A stretch of 64,000 nt of DNA from the NCBI RefSeq assembly GCF_964355755.1, contig NC_092680.1, positions 3,782,001 through 3,846,000 of the forward strand. Direction: 5' to 3'. The notes beneath the pieces are model-generated. The model ran no database searches. It was given only the letters and a program-made list of their open reading frames with translations, and was not told the origin of the DNA. This DNA comes from Antedon mediterranea (taxonomy: Eukaryota > Animalia > Echinodermata). Position numbers and translations under genes: made by a program. This document shows, piece by piece, positions 17,001-29,700 of the stretch (position 1 is its first letter; each line of letters starts with the position of its first letter).

Positions 17001-20000
17001 AACTTTATGTGATAAAAAATGTGCCCATATATGGACACGATGACATCATATCACACTACCATATTTGAGTATATCACTACCATATATGGGCACATTACAC
17101 TTTTTTTTGTGAAATTAGTTTGATAGTGTAGACAGAGCTAAAGTAAAATACTGTATTTCCCTTAAATATGAGGTATTTCACTTAAAAACATGTTTTCCTG
17201 TCAATGTTTAATTGTATCAAAGTAAACAAGATTCAATGATTTAACCAGAAAGAAAGGTAATCAGGCTTTACATCTCTAGACCAAACATCTTCTCAAAATT
17301 TCCACAAACTTAATAATGATAATACAAATATTTTTTTAAGCTATCGAATTACTACACCACTCACCACTATGTTGGGTCTTTTTACGACATGATGTGGCAC
17401 TAAAGCTCTGTCTACACTATCAAACTAGTTTGACAAAAAAAGTGCCCAAATATGTGATATGCCTAAATGTAGTAGTGATATGACATCATCATGGCCATAT
17501 ATGGGCACATCACATTTTTTTGTCACATAAAGGATTGACAGCGTAGACAGAGCTTTAGGGGAGAAAAATTCAGTTGAAATGAAAACAGCATTTAAGTGCA
17601 AAGCACCATGAACAATGATTGTTTGAATGATACTATATACAAAAATATCATTATTATAAAAATATTAATAAAAAATTATTATTATAGATGCAACAGGGTC
17701 TGAATATCGAATTGAATCAATGAAACCATCTCATTACGGGATCTACATGTGTGTTGTTTGTAATCAAAATGGAGAAGTACAGTCAATGGAAGCTGTCCTA
17801 CAGTCTCCGACGCCCGATAACTCAATTTTTGGTGAGTCATTAATAATTTACATTCTGACTCTGCGTAATGCAGATACCTGAGGCCGCCCCCTGGTTTAGG
17901 AACTTTAAGTTGGTGGTGTTTTTAGCTCTTTCGACATATTTTAAAATCTGTTTTTTCCTCTTGGTACTGCTCAGGGGCCCCCATAAGCTCCGAGGCCCCT
18001 GAGTTTGCCAGTGAGCGCTCATAGCAGTTACGCCACTGTGAGTGTCTGAAAAATTCAACGGTCTTTAAAACATATTAAATAAATAAAATACTGTATTTTT
18101 GTAATGATTGTTTTACATCTTATTACTGTAGCCCTCAATAAGGTGGCGTTACTGATAGGCAACCAATCATATCGAGCCTTACAGAAACTGAATACTCCGC
18201 AAAACGAGGTAGAAGCCTTGGCGCTTACGTTATATCGTGATTGTGATTTTAAAGTTATCACATTGATTGATCTGACGAAAGAAGAAATTAGAACTGCTGT
18301 ACGATTATTCTGTGATTTGCTAGCAAGGGGAATGTATGGTAAATAAAAAGATATTTTTGATATAGTTCGAAAATAAAAAAGGTTTAATAATAACACCAGA
18401 AACATAAAATTCAAGTTATTTTTTTCTATATTTAATCATTTGATAACATTTTTATCACCCATTTATTTTTCATAGTTTTTTTAAAAATGCTTCTCTATTT
18501 ACAAATGTGTATATCTATGTAATTTGATGTATCTATCACCACTGATAAGAAAGTGCTTATTTTCAACAAGATTGTGTAACACAAATAAAATCTCCACCTG
18601 ACCTTTTTATTTTTTTTCCAGTATACATTATAATTATTTTTCTTTTTTAATTTCAATTCCCAGGTTTGTTCTTCTTCAGTGGACATGGCTTTGAAAATAA
18701 TGGTCACAGTTTTCTTATCCCAGTTGATTCAACATCTGAGCATAAGAGTGACGACTGTGTCGATACGCAGTGGATTTTGGACCAGATGCAGTCTCGTGAT
18801 CCCGCCCTAAATGTTATGTTGTTGGACATCTGTCGAATGAAGTAATAATAACATGACTTGTTCTTTTATTTTATAACAACCCTGAGTGATTCCTGTACTA
18901 TCTGATTAGTTAATTTCATTTGCCATTAAAGTATTACTTCTATTGTTAAACTTATTAAATGATGGTTCTAATGCATGTTCAGTGTTGTATGGTACTGGTA
19001 CTGGTTCAAATAACCGTCTCACAGAGACATCTGGTAGCCATTGACTTGAAGTTGGCATTTGGATGTGTTACTTTTAAATGTAGGCCTACAGTACGAGAGT
19101 GACTACTACCATGGAGAGAATATTGTTATTACTTGTATAATGTCCCATAGATTTTTATGGTAAATTGTACATTGATGTATGTAGTATCAAATAGGCTGGG
19201 GCATTCAACTTAAAGAGTGTTTGATAAACTACAGAAACTACCTTTAATAACACAAGAATATTGAATTTATTAAATTAGTATTCCTTCTATGTATTAAATA
19301 TAATATTTATGCAAAATAAATAATGTCTGTGCTATAATAATTTTATTTGTCTAGGAATGACTATCAGGACCAGAAAGTAGACGATAAGGTCAGTCCACAG
19401 GTCAGAGGTAACACCGTCTTTGGATATGCTGCGTAAGTATTGTAAAATGGTCAGTCAATATTTAACTGGTCAAATTGAATATCTAAATTATTTTTTAAAA
19501 TACATGAAAATAGTAAATTAGGCAATCAATAATAATATAAATAATAATTAAATACAGCAACCACTTATTTGTGGAACACCCCATTTATGGGGACACTGAT
19601 GAGTCCTGAAGGTATTGCCTTAAATTGAGGTTGTAAGCATAGATACTTATACTGAAACTACATGTATATATATTCAGGTATAAAACAAGCAAACAATCAT
19701 TTCATTTATTTATTCGACATCAAAAATGTCCTGGGACCCAGAAGCAACCAAGTCACTATAACGTGATATGTCTGGGGCCCCACCTTCCAGGGCTGTAAAT
19801 TAATTCTATTTAATTGAATTAAATTAAATTTGTTTATTATTAATTGTAGGGGTGCTAATTGCAATGCTTATGAACCAGAGGGAGAAGAGTACAGTGTGTT
19901 TGCAAAACATTTGCTTCAGCATGTTAAGAGTAGACAGAGGATAGAACGTGTTCTTGACGATGTCAAAAGAGGTACCCTACAGATTTAATAGTACAGGCAA

Positions 20001-23000
20001 TCGAAATAGAGTAATGAATTGTGAGATAGGACAGCCTCAGCTTAACATAATGTTTTATCTTTGCATTGTATTTTTTTGTTTAATTTAAGAGGCTGGGTTC
20101 CCCTAAACTTACACCCTGCCACCTTTTTTTAAATTATTTTATTTGAACGAAACCAACAGCAATAAATAACACGACTAACAGGTTTGATAACCATACAGTA
20201 TAACATATTAGAAACATGTAAAACAATAAATCAAAACAGCCACTTGGGTTATATATGAAACTAAAGGTGTTCTGTAAGAAATGTTTAACTATTCCTTATC
20301 TGAACTTGAGAGACAATTTGCATGAAAATTAAGAGATCAGCAAACAGTGAAGAGACATTGTGTTTATTTAACCTTAAGGCTCTGTCTACACTATCAAATT
20401 AGTTGGACAACAAAATAGTGATGTGCCCAAATATGGTAGTGTTATGCCCAAATAGTGATATGACATCATCATATCCATATATGGGCACATTACATTGATT
20501 TGGTAGTGTAGACAGAGCTTAAGTGATGATGTTAAAAGAGACTTCTCACAGCAACTTTAGTTCTTCTTCATCATTGATTTTAGGTGTACAAGAAGATAAA
20601 ACCTCTTCAGGGCAGCAGTATCCAACAGTGGTGTCAGATCTTGCTGTGGGTCGTGGCCTACGTGATCCTATTAACAGCCATGGGCAGACGACTTTGTATA
20701 ATGCGAAGATGCAGATGTGGGAAGATGCACATGGTAAAATAAAAAAATTAATCTATTTAATCTTAAAAAAGTTTTTTTTTTCAGCTGAATTCACATTTAT
20801 ATGATATGATATAGATATAGTGCTACTGTCCACCTACTAACTAGCTTGACAAAACTGTGATGTGACCAAATATGGTAATGACATGCCCAAATATGGTAGT
20901 GGTCCATATGTCCATATATGGGCACATCACATTTTTTGTTATATGGAGTTTGATTGTGTAGACAGAGCTTAAGTCAGAGAAGATTTATTCTGCCACTAGA
21001 ACTATGTTCGAGGAGAGGGATACTGGTTTTGTCCATTTTGGAAATATGATTTGATGACACTTTTTTTACTGAAATAGCCGCTATTATTTTTGTTTATCTC
21101 AATCAGTTTATGAGGAAATATCTCAATCAGTTTATGAGGAAGTCAATACAACAGAGTGTGTGTGGTTTTCTAAAGAAAACATACTAAATAATTGAATAAG
21201 CAGGTTTTCGCTTTTGGGAATCCTGTCTCTTTTCATTGTTTGTTATTTTTTGTTATGTGAGACGAAATAAATGAAATGAAATGAAATGAAATAACACATT
21301 ATCTAGTTACTGCAGTAACTGCAGTAAAATAATGTTGACATGATCCCATAATAACAAGTATTATAAAAACAGAATTTTTTCTTCTTTCAGTAATCGAATT
21401 TCTACCGATTAGATGGTATCTGTTTTCAAATTACTTTGTGAATGTCGACATTGGAATGCAAACATCTAATATAGTGAACATTGTTGTTTTTGTTGAAAAC
21501 GATTTCTGTAACAGGTTTAACATTCAACTGTACAATTTTACTCTGGTAAGTTTATCGAATTTAATTTTTATAAAATATGTGTCATTTCCATTATAATAAT
21601 ACGAATTTGTAATGCGGTAATTCCAGCAATAAGTGATCAAAGGTACGATGTTTGAGAGAGCTCAATTTGAAAGAAAAAGATGAGTTTTCAAAGCAGATTT
21701 AAAGGTGATGAAGAACATGATATAATAGAGGCGGGTTGGTAATTCTATAAGCGAGAGGCAGCAGAAGTAAAGATGCTTAGGCCATACGTTTTAGTGTTAA
21801 AAGTCGAAATAGATAGGAGATTTTTTTAAGACGAGCGAAGGCGACGGGAAGGTACAGTATGAGAAGAGGAAGAAGATAATTAAAACTATTTTGATTATGA
21901 CTACCCTCATCACTGTTCATATGATTATTAATATCACTTTTCTTTAAAACCACTAAATTTATGTATTCTTTTTATTCAAGGAACTGAATGTGACCGTAAC
22001 TAAAGCATATCAGGTAGGGTGCAGATTACCTTTCTACTACAGAACTATTAAGGGAACACCTACCACAGAAGAACACCTATTAAGGAGACACCGAGCACAG
22101 CAGAACCCCTATTAAGGGGACACCTACCATGAACCCCTATTAAGGGGACACCTGCCATGAACCCCTATTAAGGGGACACCTACCATGAACCCCTATTAAG
22201 GGGACACCTACCATGAACCCCTATTAAGGGGACACCTGCCATAGTTGAACCCCTATTAAGGGACACCTACCGTGAACCCCTATTAAGGGACACCTACCAT
22301 GAACCCCTATTAAGGGACACCTACCATGAACCCCTATTAAGGGACACCTACCATGAACCCCTATTAAGAGACACCTACCATGAACCCCTATTAAGGGACA
22401 CCTACCATGAATCCCTATTAAGGGGACACCTACCATAGTTGAACCCCTATTAAGGGACACCTACCTTAGTTGAACCCCTATTAAGGGACACCTACCTTAG
22501 TTGAACCCCTATTAAGGGGACACCTACCTTAGTTGAACCCCTATTAAGGGGACACCTGCCATAGTTGAACCCCTCTTAAGGAGAAACCTTTAGGACCTAA
22601 CAAAGGGTTCTTTTAATAGAGTGTCCCTGCTGAATAGGAGTTAGTGTTAGGACATATATTACCACATTCGTTTCATGGGAAAGTGTCCCCTTAGTAATGT
22701 ACTGTATAATCTATTCAAAATAACTAGCCTATTGAATGTAGCTTATGATTGCAAATGCAGTATAGGCTCCTATGTTTTTTCCATATGTACTATCATATTT
22801 TTATACTTTGTTTCAGCCCATGTATAATGCATATGTGCTAACGACCACAGTTTCTGGACTACAAAAACTAAAGGTAGATAAGAATGAATTCATTTGAAAT
22901 TTAAATTTATTTGTGCTAGAGTTATAACTCACATATTTTAGTTTAAACAAATGATATAGTTTATCCATCCTGTAATTGGGGAGTTACCTGTTTTGTAAGG

Positions 23001-24070
23001 AATAAATAAATAGAAATGCCATACAATAAACAACATTTTCATTTCCAAGTGTACGGCTATGACTGCTCACTGGCTAAACACAGTGTCCAGAGCTTGAGGG
23101 GCCCCAGAGCATCAATCAATAATTTTTATTTCTCAAATAAAAACACAAAAAAAAACAGTTAACATTTTCTAAAAATAATAGATAATAAATGAGAAAAAGG
23201 GGTACCCCACAGGAAGCTTAAGCTTTAAAATGTGGGGTCCTGGCAACATAATTAAAAGTAAGGTAAGGTAAGGTAAGAAATATATATAATGAGCATGAGC
23301 CGTCCAATGCAACTATCCGGCTTTGGATGGCCCCTTAGTAGTACTAAACCAGGGGCCTTTGACCTGTGCGTTATGCCACTGTGTACAATAATTAGGCTTC
23401 AGTGAGTACTTTTAAATGTATTGGTTGAAGGGTCTGCATGGCAAAATCAAATGTTGATATAAAATTTGTTGACATACACCACGTATATTAGTTCTGAAAA
23501 GAACTGTTGAGTTTCTCGGCGTTTCAATAAAATGCTTTGATCGTACTCAGGAGTGAGAATGTGAATTTTTTTTAAATGTGTTGGTAACTTGCTTTTTGTA
23601 ATACTGTACTCTAATCATTAAAAAGTAACACTGATATTACCTAATAGTATATATATATATATATCATACAGTAAGAAAAAGTCACATAGATAATTTCACA
23701 TGTATTTCTCTCTATATTTTGTTTATAGAACAACTTGCATCCAGATCTGTATGTTGAATACAGTGATGAGAGTGGAGCAGTCCTTACATGGAAGCGTGAT
23801 ATAGATTTTGGGATGCCATTGGTTGCCAAGATATGGCAAAGAACACCATATAAACAACCAACTGAAAGTGCTTATCCAGATTTCAACGATGTACCTGAAC
23901 ATCAAAGAAGAGGCATACAGCCTGTACCATTTGTTAACACAACATCTCCTAAAGAAATGCCTAAAAAATGGATACCCGTACCGCCATCCCAAGTTCCACC
24001 AGAACTGGGTAAATGGAGGCTGTCACAGGAACCAAAAGATACCTCAAGTTTACCTGTACCAAAAGAATGA
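14043..24070 (+). CDS. MALT1: MALT1-like type-1 paracaspase (death domain, 3 Ig domains, caspase-like domain, C-terminal Ig-like region), about 846 aa
   Basis: Exons: 14043-14215, 14575-14741, 15337-15630, 15942-16123, 16276-16372, 16531-16560, 16822-16953, 17688-17831, 18132-18338, 18664-18841, 19355-19432, 19850-19971, 20584-20733, 21391-21545, 21981-22013, 22817-22873, 23729-24070; total 2541 nt in frame. Death domain (DWRALA, SPAKALL), KVALLIGNQSY, catalytic His in FFSGHG, catalytic Cys in LLDICR, NTVFGYA, SGLQKLK. The two micro-exons are the least certain part. Confidence 0.9.
15114..15223. mobile_element. Short MITE with CAGGGGCGGAT...ATCCGCCCCT TIRs
   Basis: Terminal inverted repeat visible; a related element lies at about 56266-56444. 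Confidence 0.6.
21670..21880 (-). mobile_element. Degenerate 3' end of an L2/CR1-clade LINE ORF2
   Basis: The minus strand encodes, with stops, VPSRRLRSS*KNLLSISTFNTKTYGLSIFTSAASRL*N and then FKSALKTHLF, the typical C-terminal motifs of L2 ORF2. Confidence 0.7.
22045..22585. repeat. Minisatellite of 27-32 bp units (GAACCCCTATTAAGGG(G)ACACCTACCAT), roughly 18 units
   Basis: Directly visible tandem array in a MALT1 intron, embedded in a TA-flanked MITE-like element ending ...GTGTCCCCTTAGTAATGTACTGTA near 22706. Related non-expanded elements at about 5580-5750, 19553-19635 and 48227-48395. Confidence 0.9.
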
Positions 24071-25013
24071 AAGTTTAATGTTATTCAGGGAACTAAGAAC
24101 ATTTAATTAATATGTAAATAAATCATGTGAACTTTGACATCTTTATTTTATTCTCTAGTACACAGGTTTTCATGGTTTGACAGTAGGGCAGTACCACAAT
24201 AATATTAATAATAATATGTATATATAATCAGGTGTTTAACAAGTTCATATCAGTCTAGTGGTTAAGGTACACTTCTTTTTAAATTTTTATTTTAATTCAC
24301 ACTCAACAGCAGTCAACCACTTACAGAATGGAATATATTAAAGCCAAGAACAAGTGAGGGTTTTTTAATCATTTTTGTTGCAAATTACCAGTTATTAATT
24401 TACGTTTATGATAATTAAGGATAAGTCTAGATTGAATCATATTATAACACTAGTTACTAATCCTGCTGGAGGATTATTTTGTTTGTGCCTTGATAAAGAT
24501 GTATTTACTACTAAAATAAAAAACAAATGTTATATTATTCAAAAAGATGCACCACAAATATTATCACTTACAATTCTGCAATATTTAATAATTGTTCCAC
24601 TCTTATTCGGAGACAATTTGCTCTCAGCTCTTATTACAGTATCTCATTCATCTAGCTGACCTATGACCTAATATGTAATGTATGAATATTCTTGCAAAGA
24701 ATATAGTTTTTTTTTCCATATGCTGTTGATAGTGATTGACCTAGTTATACCGAGATCAGCATTTTTCCAAGGACTATTATTATGTAACATCCAGTTATAG
24801 AATTCTTGTTCCAATAAATCTACCATTCATAAAACATTTAAATATTCATTTGCATGAATATTCATGACAGTTAATTTTAATGTTACTAAACAGTGTATGC
24901 AAATTGAAATATAACAAATCTGGAAATGGTAAAATAAATTATGTGTAATTGGGAAATTTGTTAGTAAGTAATGTAATAGTGAATGTTCACTGCAAATCTA
25001 ATTTTCATCTTTA

Positions 25014-25171
25014 GGCTCTGTCTACACTATCAAACTTTATATGACAAAAAAATGTGATGTGCCCATATATGGACATGATAATGTCATATCACTACCATAT
25101 TTGGGCATATCACTACTGTGATGGGCACATCACACTTTTTTGTCAACTAGTTTGATAGCGTAGACAGAGCT
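25014..25171. mobile_element. MITE family A copy, near consensus
   Basis: Both TIRs present, TTA on both sides. Confidence 0.85.
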
Positions 25172-26770
25172 TTAGAATCACAGTGCCAAAAATTTTCTAT
25201 ATTTTATATCATTTTTACAGAGCATATTTCACCAAAGAATTATATTAAAATTTTATTTTGATTAAATTTGTGTTTATTGCACAATTGGAAAACAATTATT
25301 CTACTGTTATATGTTATATGGGGTGTCTGTAAATGTTGTAATCTACTGTAAAGATTGAATAAAAGTCAAGAACATGGTTAGATTTGCCAAGTATTAAGCT
25401 CTGTCTACACTATCAAACTTTATGCGACAACAAAATGTGATGTGTGTCATATCACTACCATATTTAGGCACATCACACTTTTTTTGTCAAACTAGTTTGA
25501 TAGTATAGACAGAATAGAAAGACATGGACTTGCCCCATTTGTTAGAAACAGCTCTGCTTATTGTTTTCCAAAACTATTATTTATACATGCGTGTGCAACC
25601 TCCTAACTTATGAAACTCATGATGCAATCAAATGATATTTAAAGACCTTTTTATTTTTCTGATTTTTTATTTTATAACATCCCCCCTAAAGAATTCAATA
25701 CAAAGTAAATGTTACTATTTAAAATTCACAAATATTCTTTAAGATACAAATTTAAATCTTGATAAATGGATGAAAAAATGTATTAAAATGTATTTTCTAA
25801 AAAATTGGAAAATGTATTTTACAAAATAACTGCATGTTTCATGCATTTTCATTCTTAAAAACAACAACATTTATCATTTCTCGTATAAAAAATTGTTCGA
25901 TGTTTTAATACTTTATCCTCATTTTACCTCTTCATGGATCACCTTAGTTTTGGAATGGGCTGCAATTAACATTGCACTGTACCATCCCCTCAAATTGCAT
26001 ACTATACATAAAATATTTGAGAACCAACCCGAGTATATTATTAAACAAAACTATGAAATGGTTTCGTAAAATTCATATAAATTAAATTATAAAAGTTATT
26101 TAACGAACAAAAAGGGGTTGGTCATAACATTACACCACACTACTACCGGCATCTAAAGCTCACGAAAGGGCGCAATGAAAGGACATCATGGCGTGATGGG
26201 TCATCTGCACTGTCACTTCTGATTGTTCAACTCAAGTGCCTATGTTGTTGTGATGTTTCCAAGTGAAAAGAAAGCTGTGTACTGTAGGCCACTGAATATG
26301 GTTGTACTACTATATAGTGAGAATAAACTATTCCATAAGGTTGCATTTTATTGCACCTAACATTTCAGTTTTAAAACCATAATGTATTGCGTTTACCTTA
26401 CAAACTGAAGATTTTTGCATCCACTCCTACAATAAAATAGTAGTAGGGCTTTTTTTTCTACCCCTGCATTTTATGCATCTTAGTAGGTAATTTGCTTTAA
26501 AATAATTTTAAAAATGTAGACAATAACCACATTTAAACCATTTGTTTCACTGATCTATCTTTACAACCATAAACTTTATAAAATAAATAAAACTTTTTTT
26601 TGTGCAGTCACACCCATTGCTGGGTGTTTTTTATACACACTGCATTATATGCATCTGTGTAGTTGATATATTTTCAAAAGTTAAAGAAAATAATCATATC
26701 AAAGTTTGCTTTGTTACTAACGGCTGATACGAATAAATAAAATTATTCAAATACTGAGATGCTTTTTCTT

Positions 26771-29700
26771 TCATAATTCATCTTTTGTTGTTTTTAGTTG
26801 CTCATCTTCATTTTGGTAGTCTTGAAAGATTTCTGGTAGGAATGCTATCATCTTTGCAACGTCTACTTGTAACACCTCCTCCTCTGTAATCCTCCCATTC
26901 AGATTGGAGTCTATATAAGTAAATACCTAAACACAAAAAAAAAAATTAATATTTTGGCACACATGGCCTTTCATACAAAAAAATACAATACCTTTCTTAA
27001 ATATTATTTTAAACTAAAATTAAGAATGGGTAAACATTTGCAATTGCTAATTAAAAAAAATAGTAATTCACTTAATATTGGTAAAAAAATATATATATTG
27101 GCACACATGGAATTTCATACACAAAATAAAAAATCACCCAGTGTTCAGACAAAAATCTGACTGTTGGAATAACACCATAAAAAAAGACAATAACTAGACA
27201 CTTAAACTAAAAAATGTAACAAGAAGTATAATGTATTAATGTCAATAGAGAATAACTTGCGACTTGCAGCCTACGGGGCTGAATTGCGCACAGATGTGGG
27301 CGACACATACCAAAACTTTCTTTCTCTTCATGTCGAATGCTGAACATAATCTAATTTTCTATATTTTGCATTGTAAATGATCTCAAAATGTAGGGCCCTT
27401 GGATGACTTACCAATTCACTATCTTGCTCATCAATATCTAAGGCTAGAGCCAGCTCATTATAATCTGTTACACTAAGATATTGCACATTGAGGTCATCCA
27501 TTAAAGACATGATATGCTGCCTAGAAAGAAGATAAAGTATAATAACATTACTTTAGGTTTTACCAATACAAATTCAATTCTGTGACAATGAACACCTTCA
27601 TTTCTAAAAGATAACCAAGAAAAAACCCCAGAAAAACAATGACCAAGAAAGATGACAGCGATATCTTCAGGTTTTACAAATTTCAGCAAGCTAAGGGGTT
27701 CATATTACTGTAGTTCATCACATACATATAAAATATATCAATTTAAAAAACCTTTTACCTTATTTCTTCTTTTGAATCCACAAATTTGAACAAGCTAAGG
27801 GGTGCATGATGCACCCTAGCTTGCTGCTTAACATCACAATCTGTGTGATTGAATCGCCACACATGGTTAAACCAAACATTAACCGCCAAGTTCCGTCCTG
27901 AAGACGACTTGACCTGATGAAACCACCTGAAATTAAAAGAACAAACTTTAAGCTCTATCTAGTTTGACAAAAAGAGTGTGATGTGCACAAATGGTAGTGA
28001 TATATCCAAATATGGTAGTGATATATCCAAATATTATAGTGATATGACATCATCATGTCCATAAATGGACACATATTTTCACATAAGTATGATAGTGTAG
28101 ACAGAGCTTTACATTATTTAAATTATTATGTCTAATTGAATACATCAATTACTATTACCATCTAGTACTTTTAAATATCCAGTGTAGAGTGAACCGGCTT
28201 CAACTTGAAGAATTTGGTATGAACCGGTCTATTCTTGTGGCATGTATTTGGGATATTGAGTTGTAAGATATTGACTTAACCACCAGTATTAACAGTTACA
28301 TTTGAATTTAAAATATGTACAGTCAACTCTCCCAATAACAGACACATTTGGGCTGGACTCGACTAATATGTCTGGTTTTCGAAATGTGTTTTTAATAGTG
28401 AAAATGAATGGAACATTTTTGGAACTCATAAAAAGTCTGGTTTTGGGAGAGTTTCCAGTTTTCTGGCCATTTGGGAGGTGACTGTATTTGAATACACAAT
28501 ATTTTGAATTGCTTACTTATAAGGAATGTAAAAGCAATCTCCAGCTTCCATTGTCACATTGAACCAGGGAACTGTTCCCAAGCCTGGATATTTGTACAAG
28601 TCAGCCTTTTCAACATCTACCTCTGAATAACTTCCCTCTGGGGCATCTATATCTATATACTCACTGTTTTTCTAAAGAACACATAAAAGCACATGTTACT
28701 TAACATTTATTAGATAGAAATTAAAAGTACTACTGCACATCCACTAGAAACACTCCTGGACACAATAATATATAATATATATTTCAACATTAGCCAACTC
28801 CAATATTGAGGAGATACTTCTATTAAAGAGACACATTGTAGGGTCACAATGTGGCCCATTAATACTAAAACCAATTTCAATGGGCTGCACCACCTGGGTA
28901 AATTTTTCTACAGGAGAAAAAGATATCTTTATTCTATTTTATATACAAGTTAAGCTATGTCTACACTATCAAACTAGTTTGACAAAAAAAGTGTGATGTG
29001 CCCAAATATAATGGTAGTGATATGACATAATCATGTCCATATATGGGTATATCACATGTTAGACGGAGATTTAAGGTGAATTATATTTCACACTAAACTC
29101 ATTAGTTTATACTAAAAAAAATTAAATAATATAAACATTATATATAAAATTATTACTGTATGAAACAAGTATTATTACTAAATAGAAAATACAACCGATA
29201 CTGAAATAATATATTATAAAATAAATCAATAAAGTTGGAAAAATAAATAAAAATATTAACAAGGCTCAGAGAGAAGATTTTTCCAGTTTACACATCAGAC
29301 ATTGATCAACACAAGTAGCGACACTCAGTGATATCAAGTCAGAGTATTTCTTCATCATCATTGCCTGAGCGACCTATGTTGGGAATTGAACCACAGACCA
29401 TGAGACTACAAAGCTGGCACTCTATCAATGCACCATACAAAACCTACAATGATACAGTGCTAGTAGTGGTCAGTCAAATAATAGTGATGTCATCAAGTCA
29501 AATTTTATCTCCTTTATATATAGTATCATAATGTAATTAAATTTTGTATCAGTACCAATTTAATTAATATTAATAATATAATATATACTGTATATATACA
29601 TAATTGATATTTCTATTTACGCATATCTAATTAGTTTATTTTCAACACCCATTGTGTGTGAGATGAAAGATAATTTTGCATATATGACAGATATTTTTGC

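Noticed and set aside
22045-22585. Regular 27-32 bp repeats that look like a CRISPR array, and the ORF 22224-22460 (GVHGRCPLI repeats)
   Set aside because: The units are contiguous with no unique spacers, the context is a eukaryotic intron and there are no cas genes. The ORF is just the translated minisatellite.
23515-23555. Possible hammerhead ribozyme on the minus strand (CTGAGTACGATCAAA...GAAAC)
   Set aside because: The core deviates from CUGANGA and stem II is broken, so it cannot be supported from this copy.
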